NCBI GenBank assembly: GCA_036378295.1
Contig: DASUWS010000232.1
Span: forward strand, 10,387-74,386
Direction of reading: 5' to 3'
Length of the DNA: 64,000 nt
From: Ktedonobacterales bacterium
GTDB lineage: Bacteria; Chloroflexota; Ktedonobacteria; Ktedonobacterales; JADMIN01
Below the pieces are notes generated by a model that was given only the letters and a program-made list of their open reading frames with translations, was not told the DNA's origin and made no database searches. Below, one piece after another: positions 9,340 through 18,838 of this stretch. Position 1 is the stretch's first letter; each line of letters starts with the position of its first letter. The translations under genes and the position numbers were made by a program.

Positions 9340-10596
9340 CTATCTGGAGCGAAGCGCAACCAGAGCCTCGTCGCTTTCCGCTTCCACCCGCCGCAGCCCA
9401 AGGAGAGCCGGTGACATAAGCCCGAGCAAGCCGGTCAACACGCATGCGAGAGCGGAGAGACCAATAACCAGAGGCGCTGAGCCCACGCCGAGCAGCAATC
9501 CACCTACTACTGCCCCAAGCGGCGCCGCTGCCGTGGTGAGGGTCGAACGCGCGCCAAAGAGGCCGCCACGAATGTGTTCTGGAACCAGCCGCTGCAAGAG
9601 TGACGTTTCGATTGCTGTATACGGTGCCCATGCACAGCCAGCGAGTGCCAGGAAGAGCATTGCCAATGGGAGTTGATGGAGAACTATCAGGGGGCTGAGC
9701 AAGGCTCCCCAGAGAACCGCGATCCCCGCAAGCAGGAGCCCTGGACGATGATAGCGCGCCACCAGGGTCGTTCCCAGTGCACCAATTACGGCACCAACCC
9801 CAAATCCCGTCCAGAGCAGGCCATAGCCAGTAGCCCCCGCGTGCAATATTGCCTGATTATAGACTGGCAAGGCGGCTTCCAGGGGGCCGTAGGAGAAAAA
9901 GAAGATAGCTGCCAATAGCGTGAGGGCGCGCAGATCTTTTCGGGCAAAGAGCAGCCCAAACCCCATCCAGCGTCCTCCAGAGTGCGCGCGGTTTCTGTCG
10001 TGCTGGCGTGGGATGTTGGGAAGCGTGAGCACTAACAGCCCCATGACGACAAAGCTCGCGGCATCAATGAGCAACGCCCAGGGTCCCCCCACCGCCGCGA
10101 CAACCACTCCCGCGATGACAGGACCGGCGAGAGCGGCAAACTGGAGATTGAATGAAGAGAGAGCGTTAGCCTGATCCAGTTCACTATCGGGCACGAGTGC
10201 GGGGAGCATGACCCGCACGCCAATCATCGTCACAGGCGAGAGCGCCCCGGCGCAGAGGGCCAGGACATAGATTTGCCACATCTGGAGAACACCCAGCGCA
10301 TTGAGGATCGGTACGAGCGCTATCACAAGCGCGCGCAAGAGATTATCGGCCCCCATCAGAAGACGCGGCTGCAGGTGATCCAACAGACGGCCGAGAAGGG
10401 GTCCGGTAAGGACGGCGGGCAACTCGAAACACAGAACGACGAGACCGACTATGGTGCCCGAACCCGTCAACTGCAAGACAAACCACAGGAGAGCGATAAC
10501 AGTGAATTGATCGCCAAAACGCGAGATGGCTTGTCCAAGCCAGAGGCGCAGATAGTCCCGGCGTCGCAGAGGAGAGGAAGGAGGGATGAGAGGCAC
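9340..10596 (-). CDS. MFS transporter (EntS/MFS_3-like, 12 TM)
   Basis: 418 aa and hydrophobic throughout. The N-terminus reads RRRDYLRLWLGQAISRFGDQFTVIALLWFVL, typical of the MFS_3 family. Confidence 0.8.
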   Translation of the reverse strand: MPLIPPSSPLRRRDYLRLWLGQAISRFGDQFTVIALLWFVLQLTGSGTIVGLVVLCFELPAVLTGPLLGRLLDHLQPRLLMGADNLLRALVIALVPILNALGVLQMWQIYVLALCAGALSPVTMIGVRVMLPALVPDSELDQANALSSFNLQFAALAGPVIAGVVVAAVGGPWALLIDAASFVVMGLLVLTLPNIPRQHDRNRAHSGGRWMGFGLLFARKDLRALTLLAAIFFFSYGPLEAALPVYNQAILHAGATGYGLLWTGFGVGAVIGALGTTLVARYHRPGLLLAGIAVLWGALLSPLIVLHQLPLAMLFLALAGCAWAPYTAIETSLLQRLVPEHIRGGLFGARSTLTTAAAPLGAVVGGLLLGVGSAPLVIGLSALACVLTGLLGLMSPALLGLRRVEAESDEALVALRSR

Positions 10597-10853
10597 AGCG
10601 TGCTTCCACCTTTCTGTCTGTCAGATATGCTCAGCCATCTTCGGGCCTGCTGTATCGATGCTTCTCTATGATAGGTTTCCTGGAGTGCCTGCGCTCCCCG
10701 GCAACACCTGTCCATGGCCAGGTTGCCGATGCTTTTGTCTTCATCCTCATGCCATAAACACTCGCACAGGCAGCTATGGACCATGAATATGACGAGGCTT
10801 GATTTATGATATGTGACATGATCGCACAACACCGTGAGCAATTCACAAGTGGT

Positions 10854-10859
10854 TATAAT
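10854..10859 (+). promoter_or_regulatory. Consensus -10 hexamer TATAAT upstream of the second MFS gene
   Basis: TATAAT at 10854-10859, then GAGGAGG at 10872-10878, then the GTG at 10883 or the ATG at 10889. Confidence 0.4.
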
Positions 10860-10882
10860 CTCCCGGAGTGTGAGGAGGCATA

Positions 10883-12196
10883 GTGGGGATGCTTCGCGTC
10901 TTGAGGCGGCCACAACTGGCACTGCTCTGGAGCAGTCAGGTGCTCTCGGCCATGGGCGATTATCTCTATACTATCGCCGTGCTCTGGATGGCGGTGCGGG
11001 TTGGCGGAAGCCAGGCAGGACTGGTCGCGGCGGCGGAATGGGGCGCGGCGCTGGCGTTCGGCCTGCTGGGTGGGGTCTATGCCGACCGCTGGAACCGGCG
11101 CACGGTTATGATCTGGACGGATGTCCTGCGCGGCGTGGTAGTGCTGGCACTGCCAGTGCTGGCCCATTTTCAAGCGCTGCATATCTGGCAATTCGTGATC
11201 GTGGCGATCCTGCTGGGCAGCGTCGGCACGCTCTTCGATCCCGCGCTACAGGCGAGCCTGCCCGCGCTCGTTGGTGAGACGGATACCCTCCGGGCTGCCA
11301 ACGGGCTGATGGATTTGACACGCCGCCTCGCCCGCGCCATCGGCCCCAGCACTGCTGGCCTCCTGATCCTCTTTTTGCCGCTCGAACAGTTCTTCACGCT
11401 GGATGCCATCAGCTTTGGGCTATCGGCGGTGGCTGTGCTCGCGCTGGGCAGCCGCTATGCCTGGAAGCCAGAGCGGGCAGCGGGCGCGCATCGCGGCCCA
11501 CGAGGAATTGTCGCCGATATCGCTGGGGCGGTGCGACTGGTGGTAGGACGTCGCGCGCTGACATGGATGCTGGCGGCTCTTGGCATCATCAACGGCTTAT
11601 GGTCAGTCGCGTTTACGCTAGGCACACCGCTGCTGGCGCAGCAAGCGCTCCATGAGGGAGTGGGCGCGTACGGATTGATCGTGGGCGCGTACGGCGTGGG
11701 AAACGCCGTAGCGAATCTGATAATTGGTAGCCTGCCTGGGCGTCGTCCCGTCATCTCGTTCTTTTCGGGTAAGCTCGTGCTCGGCGCGGGATTCCTGCTG
11801 GTGGCGAGCGCGCCTGTCCTCTGGGTGGCGCTGCTCGGTGCGGCCATCGCAGCGATAGGCGGGCCGATGGGTGATATTCCACTGGCGACCATGCTCCAGA
11901 CCGATCTGCCCGCGGGACAGCTTGGCAAAGTCTTCAGCCTCCGCGCAACCCTCAGCAGCGCGGGCGTCTTTCTCGGCACTCTGATCGCTGTGCCACTCTT
12001 CGCCCATGTAGATGTCCGGGTGGGGATCGCGCTCGCGGCGGCGCTCATGGTGACGCTCGGCGTTGCCGGGCTGGCGCGATTCTGGCCGGGAGAAGCGGTC
12101 GCCACAGAACAAAAGCGGCAGCAACTGGCTACCAACCCTGGTGAGGCCCTTCAGCTTGCAGAGGTCATCGAGGGCGAGGATGAACTGGTGAGATGA
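10883..12196 (+). CDS. MFS transporter (EntS/MFS_3-like), paralogue of the divergent neighbour
   Basis: 437 aa and hydrophobic. The N-terminus reads LRRPQLALLWSSQVLSAMGDYLYTIAVLWM and includes GGVYADRWNRR. The alternative start is the ATG at 10889. Confidence 0.8.
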   Translation: MGMLRVLRRPQLALLWSSQVLSAMGDYLYTIAVLWMAVRVGGSQAGLVAAAEWGAALAFGLLGGVYADRWNRRTVMIWTDVLRGVVVLALPVLAHFQALHIWQFVIVAILLGSVGTLFDPALQASLPALVGETDTLRAANGLMDLTRRLARAIGPSTAGLLILFLPLEQFFTLDAISFGLSAVAVLALGSRYAWKPERAAGAHRGPRGIVADIAGAVRLVVGRRALTWMLAALGIINGLWSVAFTLGTPLLAQQALHEGVGAYGLIVGAYGVGNAVANLIIGSLPGRRPVISFFSGKLVLGAGFLLVASAPVLWVALLGAAIAAIGGPMGDIPLATMLQTDLPAGQLGKVFSLRATLSSAGVFLGTLIAVPLFAHVDVRVGIALAAALMVTLGVAGLARFWPGEAVATEQKRQQLATNPGEALQLAEVIEGEDELVR

Positions 12197-12461
12197 TAGT
12201 GTGCCCTATCTCTGGCATCTTGCTGACAGCGCTCGCGTAGGTTGTCGTTGATGCTCATGGTGTTCAACCGTTGTGCAATCAATGCTCAAGCCAGCATGTT
12301 AGACAGATTTAGGCAGACCTTCAGGCCGCCCCTGCCACATCTGCAACTCTGCGGTGCAACGTGGCGTAGCCTTCACATGCTACAAATGTAGCGCGGCAGG
12401 ACAGCGGTACTGAAGGGAATAGCATCCAGACCAGAAGAGCATCAATGGAGGATATGTCGCT

Positions 12462-12800
12462 ATGGCGCAGATCATCAACACGAGCGAATTGCCTGGCAGC
12501 ACGTCGCATAAGTTCGAAGGCTATCGCTTTGGCGATGTTCACGTCTCGTTCTTCGTATCATCGACCCCACCGGGGCAGGGTCCCTCACTCCACAAACACA
12601 CCTACGAAGAGGTATTCGTCGTCTACGACGGGACGCTGACCTTCACCGTCGGCAATGAGTCTGTCGAAGTGACCGGTGGCCATATCGTCATCGTTCCGCC
12701 CGAAACGCCCCATAAGTTCACCAACACTGGCTCGGAAATCGCGCATCACGTCGATATTCACACCAGCGGCCAGATGGTGCAGACCTGGCTTGAGGAATGA
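12462..12800 (+). CDS. Cupin domain protein
   Basis: 112 aa with the cupin motifs GPSLHKHTYEEVFVV and GHIVIVPPETPHKFTN. Confidence 0.8.
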   Translation: MAQIINTSELPGSTSHKFEGYRFGDVHVSFFVSSTPPGQGPSLHKHTYEEVFVVYDGTLTFTVGNESVEVTGGHIVIVPPETPHKFTNTGSEIAHHVDIHTSGQMVQTWLEE

Positions 12801-13073
12801 AGAGAGTAGTCTGTGGATGAAGCTGGCGACGCGTGTCACCAAGATCTCGAAGGTGAATAACCAGCCCAGAGACGCCACACTTCCGAAAATCAACACCTAC
12901 CGGGGAAGAGAGTCGCAGAGCGCCGGGAGCAACAATCCTACTCCCGGAAGCGAAGCGCCTACTCCCTTCCCGTCATCCCTGGGTAGCACGAGCGGGGAGA
13001 TCGGCTATCCGTATGACCTCAAGGTGAGAACGGAGACTCTGGAACGGGAATACGCACGTATAAGGAGAACATC

Positions 13074-13946
13074 ATGACAACATCCCCACAGGGCGATCAG
13101 AACACCCAGAACTCACAGAGCACGCCAGGCTCTCATGGCTATGTTGCCGTGAACGGCCTGAATATGTACTACGAGATGCACGGCACTGGCACTGGCACTG
13201 GGAGCGGCAGTGACGTTCCGCTGGTGTTGCTGCATGGCGGGATGTCGGCAACGGGCACCTCGTTCGGCAAGCTGCTGCCCGGGCTTGCCCAGTCGCGCCG
13301 CATCATCGCCCTCGAACAGCAGGCGCATGGCCACACTGCCGACATCGACCGCCCACTTTCCATGGAGCAAATGGCGGACGACACCGCTGCCGCGCTTCAG
13401 CAGCTCGGCATCACGAACGCGGACATTCTCGGCTATAGCGTGGGCGCTGGAATTGCTCTGCAGGTCGCCATTCGACATCCAGAGATGGCGCGCAAGCTGG
13501 TGCTCATCTCGGTCACGTACAATAGCGCGGGACTCCATCCTGGACTTCAGGAGGGCATAGCGAACGTGACACCCGAAGCCTTCGCGGGCACCCCGTTCTA
13601 TGAAGAGTATCTGCAGATCGCGCCACGCCCAGAAGATTTTCCGAGGCTGGTCGAGAGGATGAAGCACCTGGATAGTCAGGTGCAGGATTGGCCCGCCGAA
13701 GCCATCCAGGCCATCAAGCCGCCCGTCCTGCTCATCATTGGCGACTCCGATATCATCCGGCCTGAGCATGCCGTCGAGATGTTTCGGCTGCTTGGCGGTG
13801 GTGTGATGGGTGATATGGCTGGCCTGCCCAACTCACAGCTCGCCATACTCCCCGGTACGACCCATATCACGGTGGTGCATCGCGCCGATTTGCTGCTCAC
13901 TATCATCCCAGCATTCCTCGATGCACCCATGCCTGAACCCAGATAA
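13074..13946 (+). CDS. Alpha/beta hydrolase fold protein
   Basis: Present are PLVLLHGG, the nucleophile elbow GYSVGAG, and a late GDSD...H pair. The RBS AAGGAG lies upstream. Confidence 0.85.
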   Translation: MTTSPQGDQNTQNSQSTPGSHGYVAVNGLNMYYEMHGTGTGTGSGSDVPLVLLHGGMSATGTSFGKLLPGLAQSRRIIALEQQAHGHTADIDRPLSMEQMADDTAAALQQLGITNADILGYSVGAGIALQVAIRHPEMARKLVLISVTYNSAGLHPGLQEGIANVTPEAFAGTPFYEEYLQIAPRPEDFPRLVERMKHLDSQVQDWPAEAIQAIKPPVLLIIGDSDIIRPEHAVEMFRLLGGGVMGDMAGLPNSQLAILPGTTHITVVHRADLLLTIIPAFLDAPMPEPR

Positions 13947-13990
13947 CTGCTACGATTCCCCCACAGCGTGAAGGTGGGAGCGGGCCGCGG

Positions 13991-14464
13991 CTATGCTGGC
14001 TGCTGGCCCGCCACCAACGTGCGGTAGCGCCAGATCAGGAAGATGGCAAACAACCCCGCGCCAATCAAGTTGAGGTAGCCAATCGCAAAGATAGGGACGA
14101 GCAGGGGATCGGGATTCTGCAGTTGGAAAAGGGGCGAGAAGCCGTGCATTACCTGATCGATCATGTTGCTCAGATAGAAGATGAACTCCGTCAACAGGAA
14201 GGTTAGCAACAGCCAATAGCCAGCCCGCCTACCGCGCGCCAGCAGCATCCATCCCAGCAGAAACCAGACGAATGTGACGACCATCAGCGACGTGCCGACG
14301 AGGGGCGGCGGCATCCGATGGGGGAAATAATACAGATGCAGGTAATAGGGGATTTGCGCGAGATAGTTGATGCCCACAACCACTAGAATAGAATACATCG
14401 CGATCCTATCCGCAAGATACTTCATGCCGTCCTCCATGCTGGCACGAATGACTACGAGTGCCAC
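13991..14464 (-). CDS. Integral membrane protein, unknown function (about 4 TM)
   Basis: 157 aa with four long hydrophobic segments. I recognise no family. Confidence 0.5.
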   Translation of the reverse strand: MALVVIRASMEDGMKYLADRIAMYSILVVVGINYLAQIPYYLHLYYFPHRMPPPLVGTSLMVVTFVWFLLGWMLLARGRRAGYWLLLTFLLTEFIFYLSNMIDQVMHGFSPLFQLQNPDPLLVPIFAIGYLNLIGAGLFAIFLIWRYRTLVAGQQPA

Positions 14465-14571
14465 CGTCAGATGTGTCTCTGCCTCCTAGTTCGGCTGTAG
14501 CATACCAGCGTCTTTTATCATAGCACCTGGGTGCGGTTCGCAGCACATGCGTATCATGACGGCACATCCAC

Positions 14572-14617
14572 TGTATACTTATCCCCAACTCAGGTGTATA
14601 CTTATCCCCAACTCAGG
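14572..14617. repeat. Perfect 23-bp tandem duplication
   Basis: TGTATACTTATCCCCAACTCAGG occurs at 14572-14594 and again at 14595-14617. Confidence 0.95.
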
Positions 14618-15040
14618 AATGGCTCAGCTTCATCTCATCCATTACCCCGACACTACGAAGCACGGTCGGTCCCCTCCTCCCAGATCAGCAGGCGATGGTG
14701 GAGAGTGGAGAGCGCGACTTCGTATGGCGTCGTGTGGCATCGTGAGGCTTGGTATGTCGCGGCAATATCATGGCAGGCGGATAGTTCACCTGGAAAATGC
14801 CTCGGAGCGCGCTGAGCGCGAGGAGCAGCGCTTCCGCCGGCGGCATGATCGCCTGCATCGCATGCGCCTGCTCCACTCCAACGACCCCTATCGGACGGAT
14901 GTCGCGGATGGCGATGATCTGGCGGACGCCGATGTGCTGGAAGACTGCCAGGACGATGGGTGACCGGTGATTCTTCCTGCTTCCTGTTCTCCTCCCCTTG
15001 TCGTTCACCACACATCCCACCACATCACGTCACCAGAGCC

Positions 15041-15073
15041 TCACATCTCACATCTCACATCTCACATCTCACA
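15041..15073. repeat. 7-bp microsatellite (TCACATC) x4.7
   Basis: Four complete copies of TCACATC plus a partial copy, read directly from the sequence. Confidence 0.95.
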
Positions 15074-15205
15074 GGCTGCCTAACACCTTGATCGCGTAGT
15101 CGATGGCGAGTGGCTTCCCGCACCGAGTTCTGTGAACTCCGTCATATCTTCCCAGGAGTATACTGGGGCCAATAACTGGCCGTCAGTAAGGGGAGACAGC
15201 CCACC

Positions 15206-16402
15206 ATGAGCAGCCAACGCCCTTCGATTCGACCACTTCTCGTGAGCCTTTGTCTGCTGGCAATGCTCCTGCTCGCCGCCTGTAGCGGGAATGCCAGCAG
15301 CGGCAACAACGGCTCGGACGCGAACCCGCCAAGCGCCACGCCTACGACCAGTGCGCCTTCCACGCCCACCCCAGTCAATGGGGATAGCGGAGGAGGAGGT
15401 CAGAGCGGCGGCGGCAATCCGACTCCGGTGCCGCTGAGCCAGTTCACCACCTACGCGGGCAGTCAGGACGGTATATTCTACGGCTTCAATGCCCAGACAG
15501 GCGCGCAGCGATGGCAGTACACCATCGCGGGAACGCCCAACAAGCCCTGGGCAGTGACCAACGCGGTCTACGTCTCGACGCAGTCGGGATACGTCTACGC
15601 CTTCTCGAAGTCAGGCTCGCTGCTTTGGAGCAAATCGGTCGGTGGCAGCACACTCAGCCGCCCAACCATGGATAGCGGGCTGGTCTACATCGGCACCGAT
15701 CAGGGGCGCGTCTTCGCACTGAACAGCACGACGGGAGATGTCGCCTGGGACTACACCACAGGCGGAATGATCAGCGGGACGATTCCCGTCGCAAATGGGG
15801 TGGCCTATACCTCCGCTGGCGGCAAGCTCTTCGCGCTGAAAGCGACCAACGGCTCGGTCATATGGAACGTCTCTATTGGCTCGGTCAGCGAGTTTACCTC
15901 ACCGACGGTGAGCAACAACGTCGTCTATATCGGCAATGATAGCGGAATTGTCTCGGCGCGCCGCACGAGCAATGGCTCGGAGCTATGGCACTTCCAGGCA
16001 GGCGGCCAGATATTTGGCAAGCCAGCGGTGGTGAATGGCGTCGTCTATTTCGGCGCGTCTGATCACTACGTCTACGCCGTAAATACGAGCAACGGCTCAC
16101 TGAAGTGGAAGTATCAGACCGGAGATAGCGTCAACGAGTCGCCAACCATCAACTACGGCATCGTCTACACCGCTTCGGCTGATGGCAAGCTCTACGCACT
16201 CGACGCCAGCAGCGGCACGCAGAAGTGGCATTTCAGTATTACCGGCCAGAAGGTCAGCGGAGGCTGGACTTCAGTGACGAGCGGATACGTCTACCTCGGC
16301 ATGAGCGATGGCCGGGTCTACGCGCTCAATGCCAGTACGGGACAGATCATCTGGAAAACCCAGACCAGCGCGGCTGTCACCTCGCCTGCCATTGGCCAAT
16401 AA
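15206..16402 (+). CDS. PQQ-like/BamB-like beta-propeller repeat lipoprotein
   Basis: The signal peptide carries a lipobox (LLLAACSGN), followed by an S/T/P/G linker. About 8 repeats follow the pattern G.VYA(LF)....G...W (YVYAFSKSGSLLW, RVFALNSTTGDVAW, KLFALKATNGSVIW, YVYAVNTSNGSLKW, KLYALDASSGTQKW, RVYALNASTGQIIW). Confidence 0.85.
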   Translation: MSSQRPSIRPLLVSLCLLAMLLLAACSGNASSGNNGSDANPPSATPTTSAPSTPTPVNGDSGGGGQSGGGNPTPVPLSQFTTYAGSQDGIFYGFNAQTGAQRWQYTIAGTPNKPWAVTNAVYVSTQSGYVYAFSKSGSLLWSKSVGGSTLSRPTMDSGLVYIGTDQGRVFALNSTTGDVAWDYTTGGMISGTIPVANGVAYTSAGGKLFALKATNGSVIWNVSIGSVSEFTSPTVSNNVVYIGNDSGIVSARRTSNGSELWHFQAGGQIFGKPAVVNGVVYFGASDHYVYAVNTSNGSLKWKYQTGDSVNESPTINYGIVYTASADGKLYALDASSGTQKWHFSITGQKVSGGWTSVTSGYVYLGMSDGRVYALNASTGQIIWKTQTSAAVTSPAIGQ

Positions 16403-16517
16403 GGAACGAGAATACCGGGATTCTCTCAAGGCGTGTCACAATTTCCCCTGTGGCACGTCCTCTTTTTGCCCGTTTTCCTGTGTATCGAATCGAGAAGGTG
16501 ACAGGTTATTCCTGAGT

Positions 16518-17216
16518 ATGAGTATGGACCACGAGATCACATTCACTCGCCATGGCGTATGGGCGGGAGTGCGCGCCTGCCTGCCGATTGCCCTTGGCGC
16601 GGGGGTTTACGGCTTCGTCTTCGGCATTCTCGCACGCCAGGCTGGCCTGAGTCTGGCCGAAGCGCTACTGATGAGCGCGATTGTCTTTGCCGGGTCATCG
16701 CAGTTGGTGGCGCTCAGTCTCTGGATTACACCGCTGCCCGTCGGTGCGCTGATCCTGACGACGCTGATCGTCAACCTGCGGCATCTGCTGATGGGCGCAT
16801 CGCTTCGCCCCTGGCTGGCGCGTTTACCGCGTGGGCGCATCTACGCGTCGCTCTTCTTCATGACCGATGAAAGCTGGGCGCTGACCCTCGGTTCGCTTGC
16901 CGCGGGCGCGGGCGACGGCGCGTTTCTGCTCGGCAGCGGTCTCACGCTGTACGTCTTCTGGGGAGCAACCACGGCGCTTGGCGAGTTGGCAAGCGGGCTG
17001 GTGAGCAATCCCGCGCAGTGGGGATTGGACTTCGCCTTCACTGCGGTCTTTCTGGTGCTGCTGGTGGGGCTGTGGCGCGGCAAATCGGATCTACTGCCGT
17101 GGGCGGTGGCGGCGGTCGTCGCGATTGCGGCGAAACACTGGCTTTCCGGTAATTGGTATATCCTCCTGGGCGGCCTGACCGGGAGTCTGGTGGGAGCTTT
17201 TCGCCATGCGGATTGA
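16518..17216 (+). CDS. azlC: AzlC family branched-chain amino acid permease subunit
   Basis: The translation shows GVRACLPIALGAGVYGFVFGILARQAGLSLAEALLMSAIVFAGSSQ. The start was moved to the ATG at 16518 because the track ORF start overlaps the preceding gene. Confidence 0.85.
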   Translation: MSMDHEITFTRHGVWAGVRACLPIALGAGVYGFVFGILARQAGLSLAEALLMSAIVFAGSSQLVALSLWITPLPVGALILTTLIVNLRHLLMGASLRPWLARLPRGRIYASLFFMTDESWALTLGSLAAGAGDGAFLLGSGLTLYVFWGATTALGELASGLVSNPAQWGLDFAFTAVFLVLLVGLWRGKSDLLPWAVAAVVAIAAKHWLSGNWYILLGGLTGSLVGAFRHAD

Positions 17217-17517
17217 TCTGGCCGCGCTGCTCGCCATCCTGGGCATGGGCGCCGTTACCTATCTGACTCGTGTCAGCGGCTTCTGGCTGCTTGGGCGCGT
17301 GACCCCAACGAAGCGCGTCGAGGCGTGGATGCAGGCCATTCCTGGCGCGGTACTGATCTCACTGATTGCCCCGGCGTTACTGGCGTCTGGCATGGTGGGG
17401 TTCATCGCCGCGGCAACCACGGTCCTCATAGCCGCGCGCACCCACAAATTGCTCCCGGCACTGCTGGCAGGCGTCGTCATAGTCGCGGCGGCGCGCCTGC
17501 TGTTCCATGCTGACTGA
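17206..17517 (+). CDS. azlD: AzlD family branched-chain amino acid transport protein
   Basis: 103 aa and hydrophobic (AILGMGAVTYLTRVSGFWLLGR). It overlaps the azlC stop by 11 nt, which is the classical azlCD arrangement. Confidence 0.8.
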   Translation: MRIDLAALLAILGMGAVTYLTRVSGFWLLGRVTPTKRVEAWMQAIPGAVLISLIAPALLASGMVGFIAAATTVLIAARTHKLLPALLAGVVIVAAARLLFHAD

Positions 17518-17641
17518 GCCATAACCCTGAAGCACGTCTCAATGCTGCGGCGAATGGCCAATACCCCTCTTCGCCCGGAGCCTGCATGCTCCGGCGCGCT
17601 CTCCCCTCACCCACAAAGCAACAACTCACCTGGGTTTGTTA

Positions 17642-18031
17642 TCACTCCGCGACGCCAGGCATCCACTGTTGAGCCCAGGTGGAGACCGCCTGCATCACAT
17701 CGCTCAGGGCTCGTCCAGCATCTGTTAGCTCATAGACAACCCGCACAGGCGGCCCTGGCTGCACCTCGCGTGTCACCATGCCCGTGGCTTCCAGCTCGCG
17801 CAGACGCTCGGTCAAGAGACGGTCGGAGATATTCGGCACGCGCGCGAGCAACTCGTTGAAGCGACATGGCCCATTGAGCAATACGAACAGGATCGCGCCA
17901 TTCCAGCGCCGCCCGATGAACTCTACGGCGCGCTGAAACTGGGTGCACGAAGCGCCACTGACTGCTGGAGTCGTGCCGGGCGTTCCGCACATGCCGTCGG
18001 TCACCTGCTCGCCCGTCTCATGCTCGGTCAT
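17642..18031 (-). CDS. HxlR family winged-helix transcriptional regulator
   Basis: The segment CTQFQRAVEFIGRRWNGAILFVLLNGPCRFNELLARVPNISDRLLTERLRELEATGMVTR matches the family. Confidence 0.88.
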   Translation of the reverse strand: MTEHETGEQVTDGMCGTPGTTPAVSGASCTQFQRAVEFIGRRWNGAILFVLLNGPCRFNELLARVPNISDRLLTERLRELEATGMVTREVQPGPPVRVVYELTDAGRALSDVMQAVSTWAQQWMPGVAE

Positions 18032-18229
18032 ACGATCCCTCCAGGCTCAATCTACTGTTCTCTTCCAGTGTATCACACACTTACCTTTCGTAGCCTACAC
18101 ACTTGACACGCGACGATTCCGGTCTTACTATGTCTACGTAAGCTACTAATTGTAGCCTGGATCTGCGGAACAATTTCTGCAAGCCGGGCTGATGAGCATC
18201 ATGCGTAGACGCATACAAGGGAACGAGAT

Positions 18230-18751
18230 ATGACTATTGCCTGGGCACTTCTGATCATTCGAGTTATCACCGGCGTGACACTGATCGCGCACGGCACACA
18301 GAAGCTCTTCGGCTGGTTCGGCGGGCCGGGATATGAGAAGTTCTCGCAGGGATTTGGCCGGCAGGGCTACAAGCCCGTCCAGTTGTGGACCAGCCTCGCC
18401 ATTCTGGGCGAGATTGGCGGCGGACTGGCGCTGGCGTTCGGCTTCCTGACACCGCTCGGAGCCGCTGGCGCACTTGGCGCGATGGTTATGGCCATCAAGA
18501 CGCACTGGAGCAACGGCTTCTTCAATATGAAAGGTGGCTTCGAGTATCCACTGGCGCTGCTAGCGATGAGCATTGCCGTTGGTCTCGCGGGACCCGGGCT
18601 GTATTCGCTCGATCATCTCTTTGGGATTGCCCTGCCACTGGCCCTCTTCATCGTCCTGGCCGTCGCGGCACTCGTCGTTGACGTGATCGGCATCCTCATC
18701 ACCCGCCCGTCAGCCACTACAGCGCAACCCGGCAAAGCGCACACCGCCTAG
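18230..18751 (+). CDS. DoxX family membrane protein
   Basis: The segment LLIIRVITGVTLIAHGTQKLFGWFGGPG matches DoxX. The gene is divergent from the HxlR regulator, a common pairing. Confidence 0.85.
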   Translation: MTIAWALLIIRVITGVTLIAHGTQKLFGWFGGPGYEKFSQGFGRQGYKPVQLWTSLAILGEIGGGLALAFGFLTPLGAAGALGAMVMAIKTHWSNGFFNMKGGFEYPLALLAMSIAVGLAGPGLYSLDHLFGIALPLALFIVLAVAALVVDVIGILITRPSATTAQPGKAHTA

Positions 18752-18838
18752 CCCCTGCCGCCTGGTCGGTGATCGGCCTACGCGGGAGGCCAGCACTCAG
18801 GAGAGATGCTGTGATCTTGCGCCAGCGCAGGCCAGTAG

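Noticed and set aside
9188-9631. The N-terminal 148 codons of the 542-aa track ORF for the M24 peptidase.
   Set aside because: The extension overlaps the 3' end of the MFS gene. It is low-complexity and Arg/Trp-rich, and homology to Creatinase_N/M24 begins only at MERTTYPMAEADYGRRL.
14685-15023. A 112-aa minus-strand ORF (…SPIVLAVFQHIGVRQIIAIRDIRPIGVVGVEQAHAMQAIMPPAEALLLALSALRGIF…).
   Set aside because: The core looks protein-like, but I cannot assign a family. No RBS is evident and the C-terminal third looks like random sequence. It is possibly a decayed gene and is not called as a CDS.
16308-16517. The N-terminal extension of the azlC ORF overlapping the PQQ-propeller gene. Analogous 5' extensions occur on the track ORFs for gene 5183, gene 20760, gene 23607, gene 26685, gene 27200, gene 31760, gene 33150 and gene 52351.
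   Set aside because: The extensions overlap upstream genes or lack an RBS. Internal ATGs with GGAGG-type RBSs coincide with the onset of family homology.
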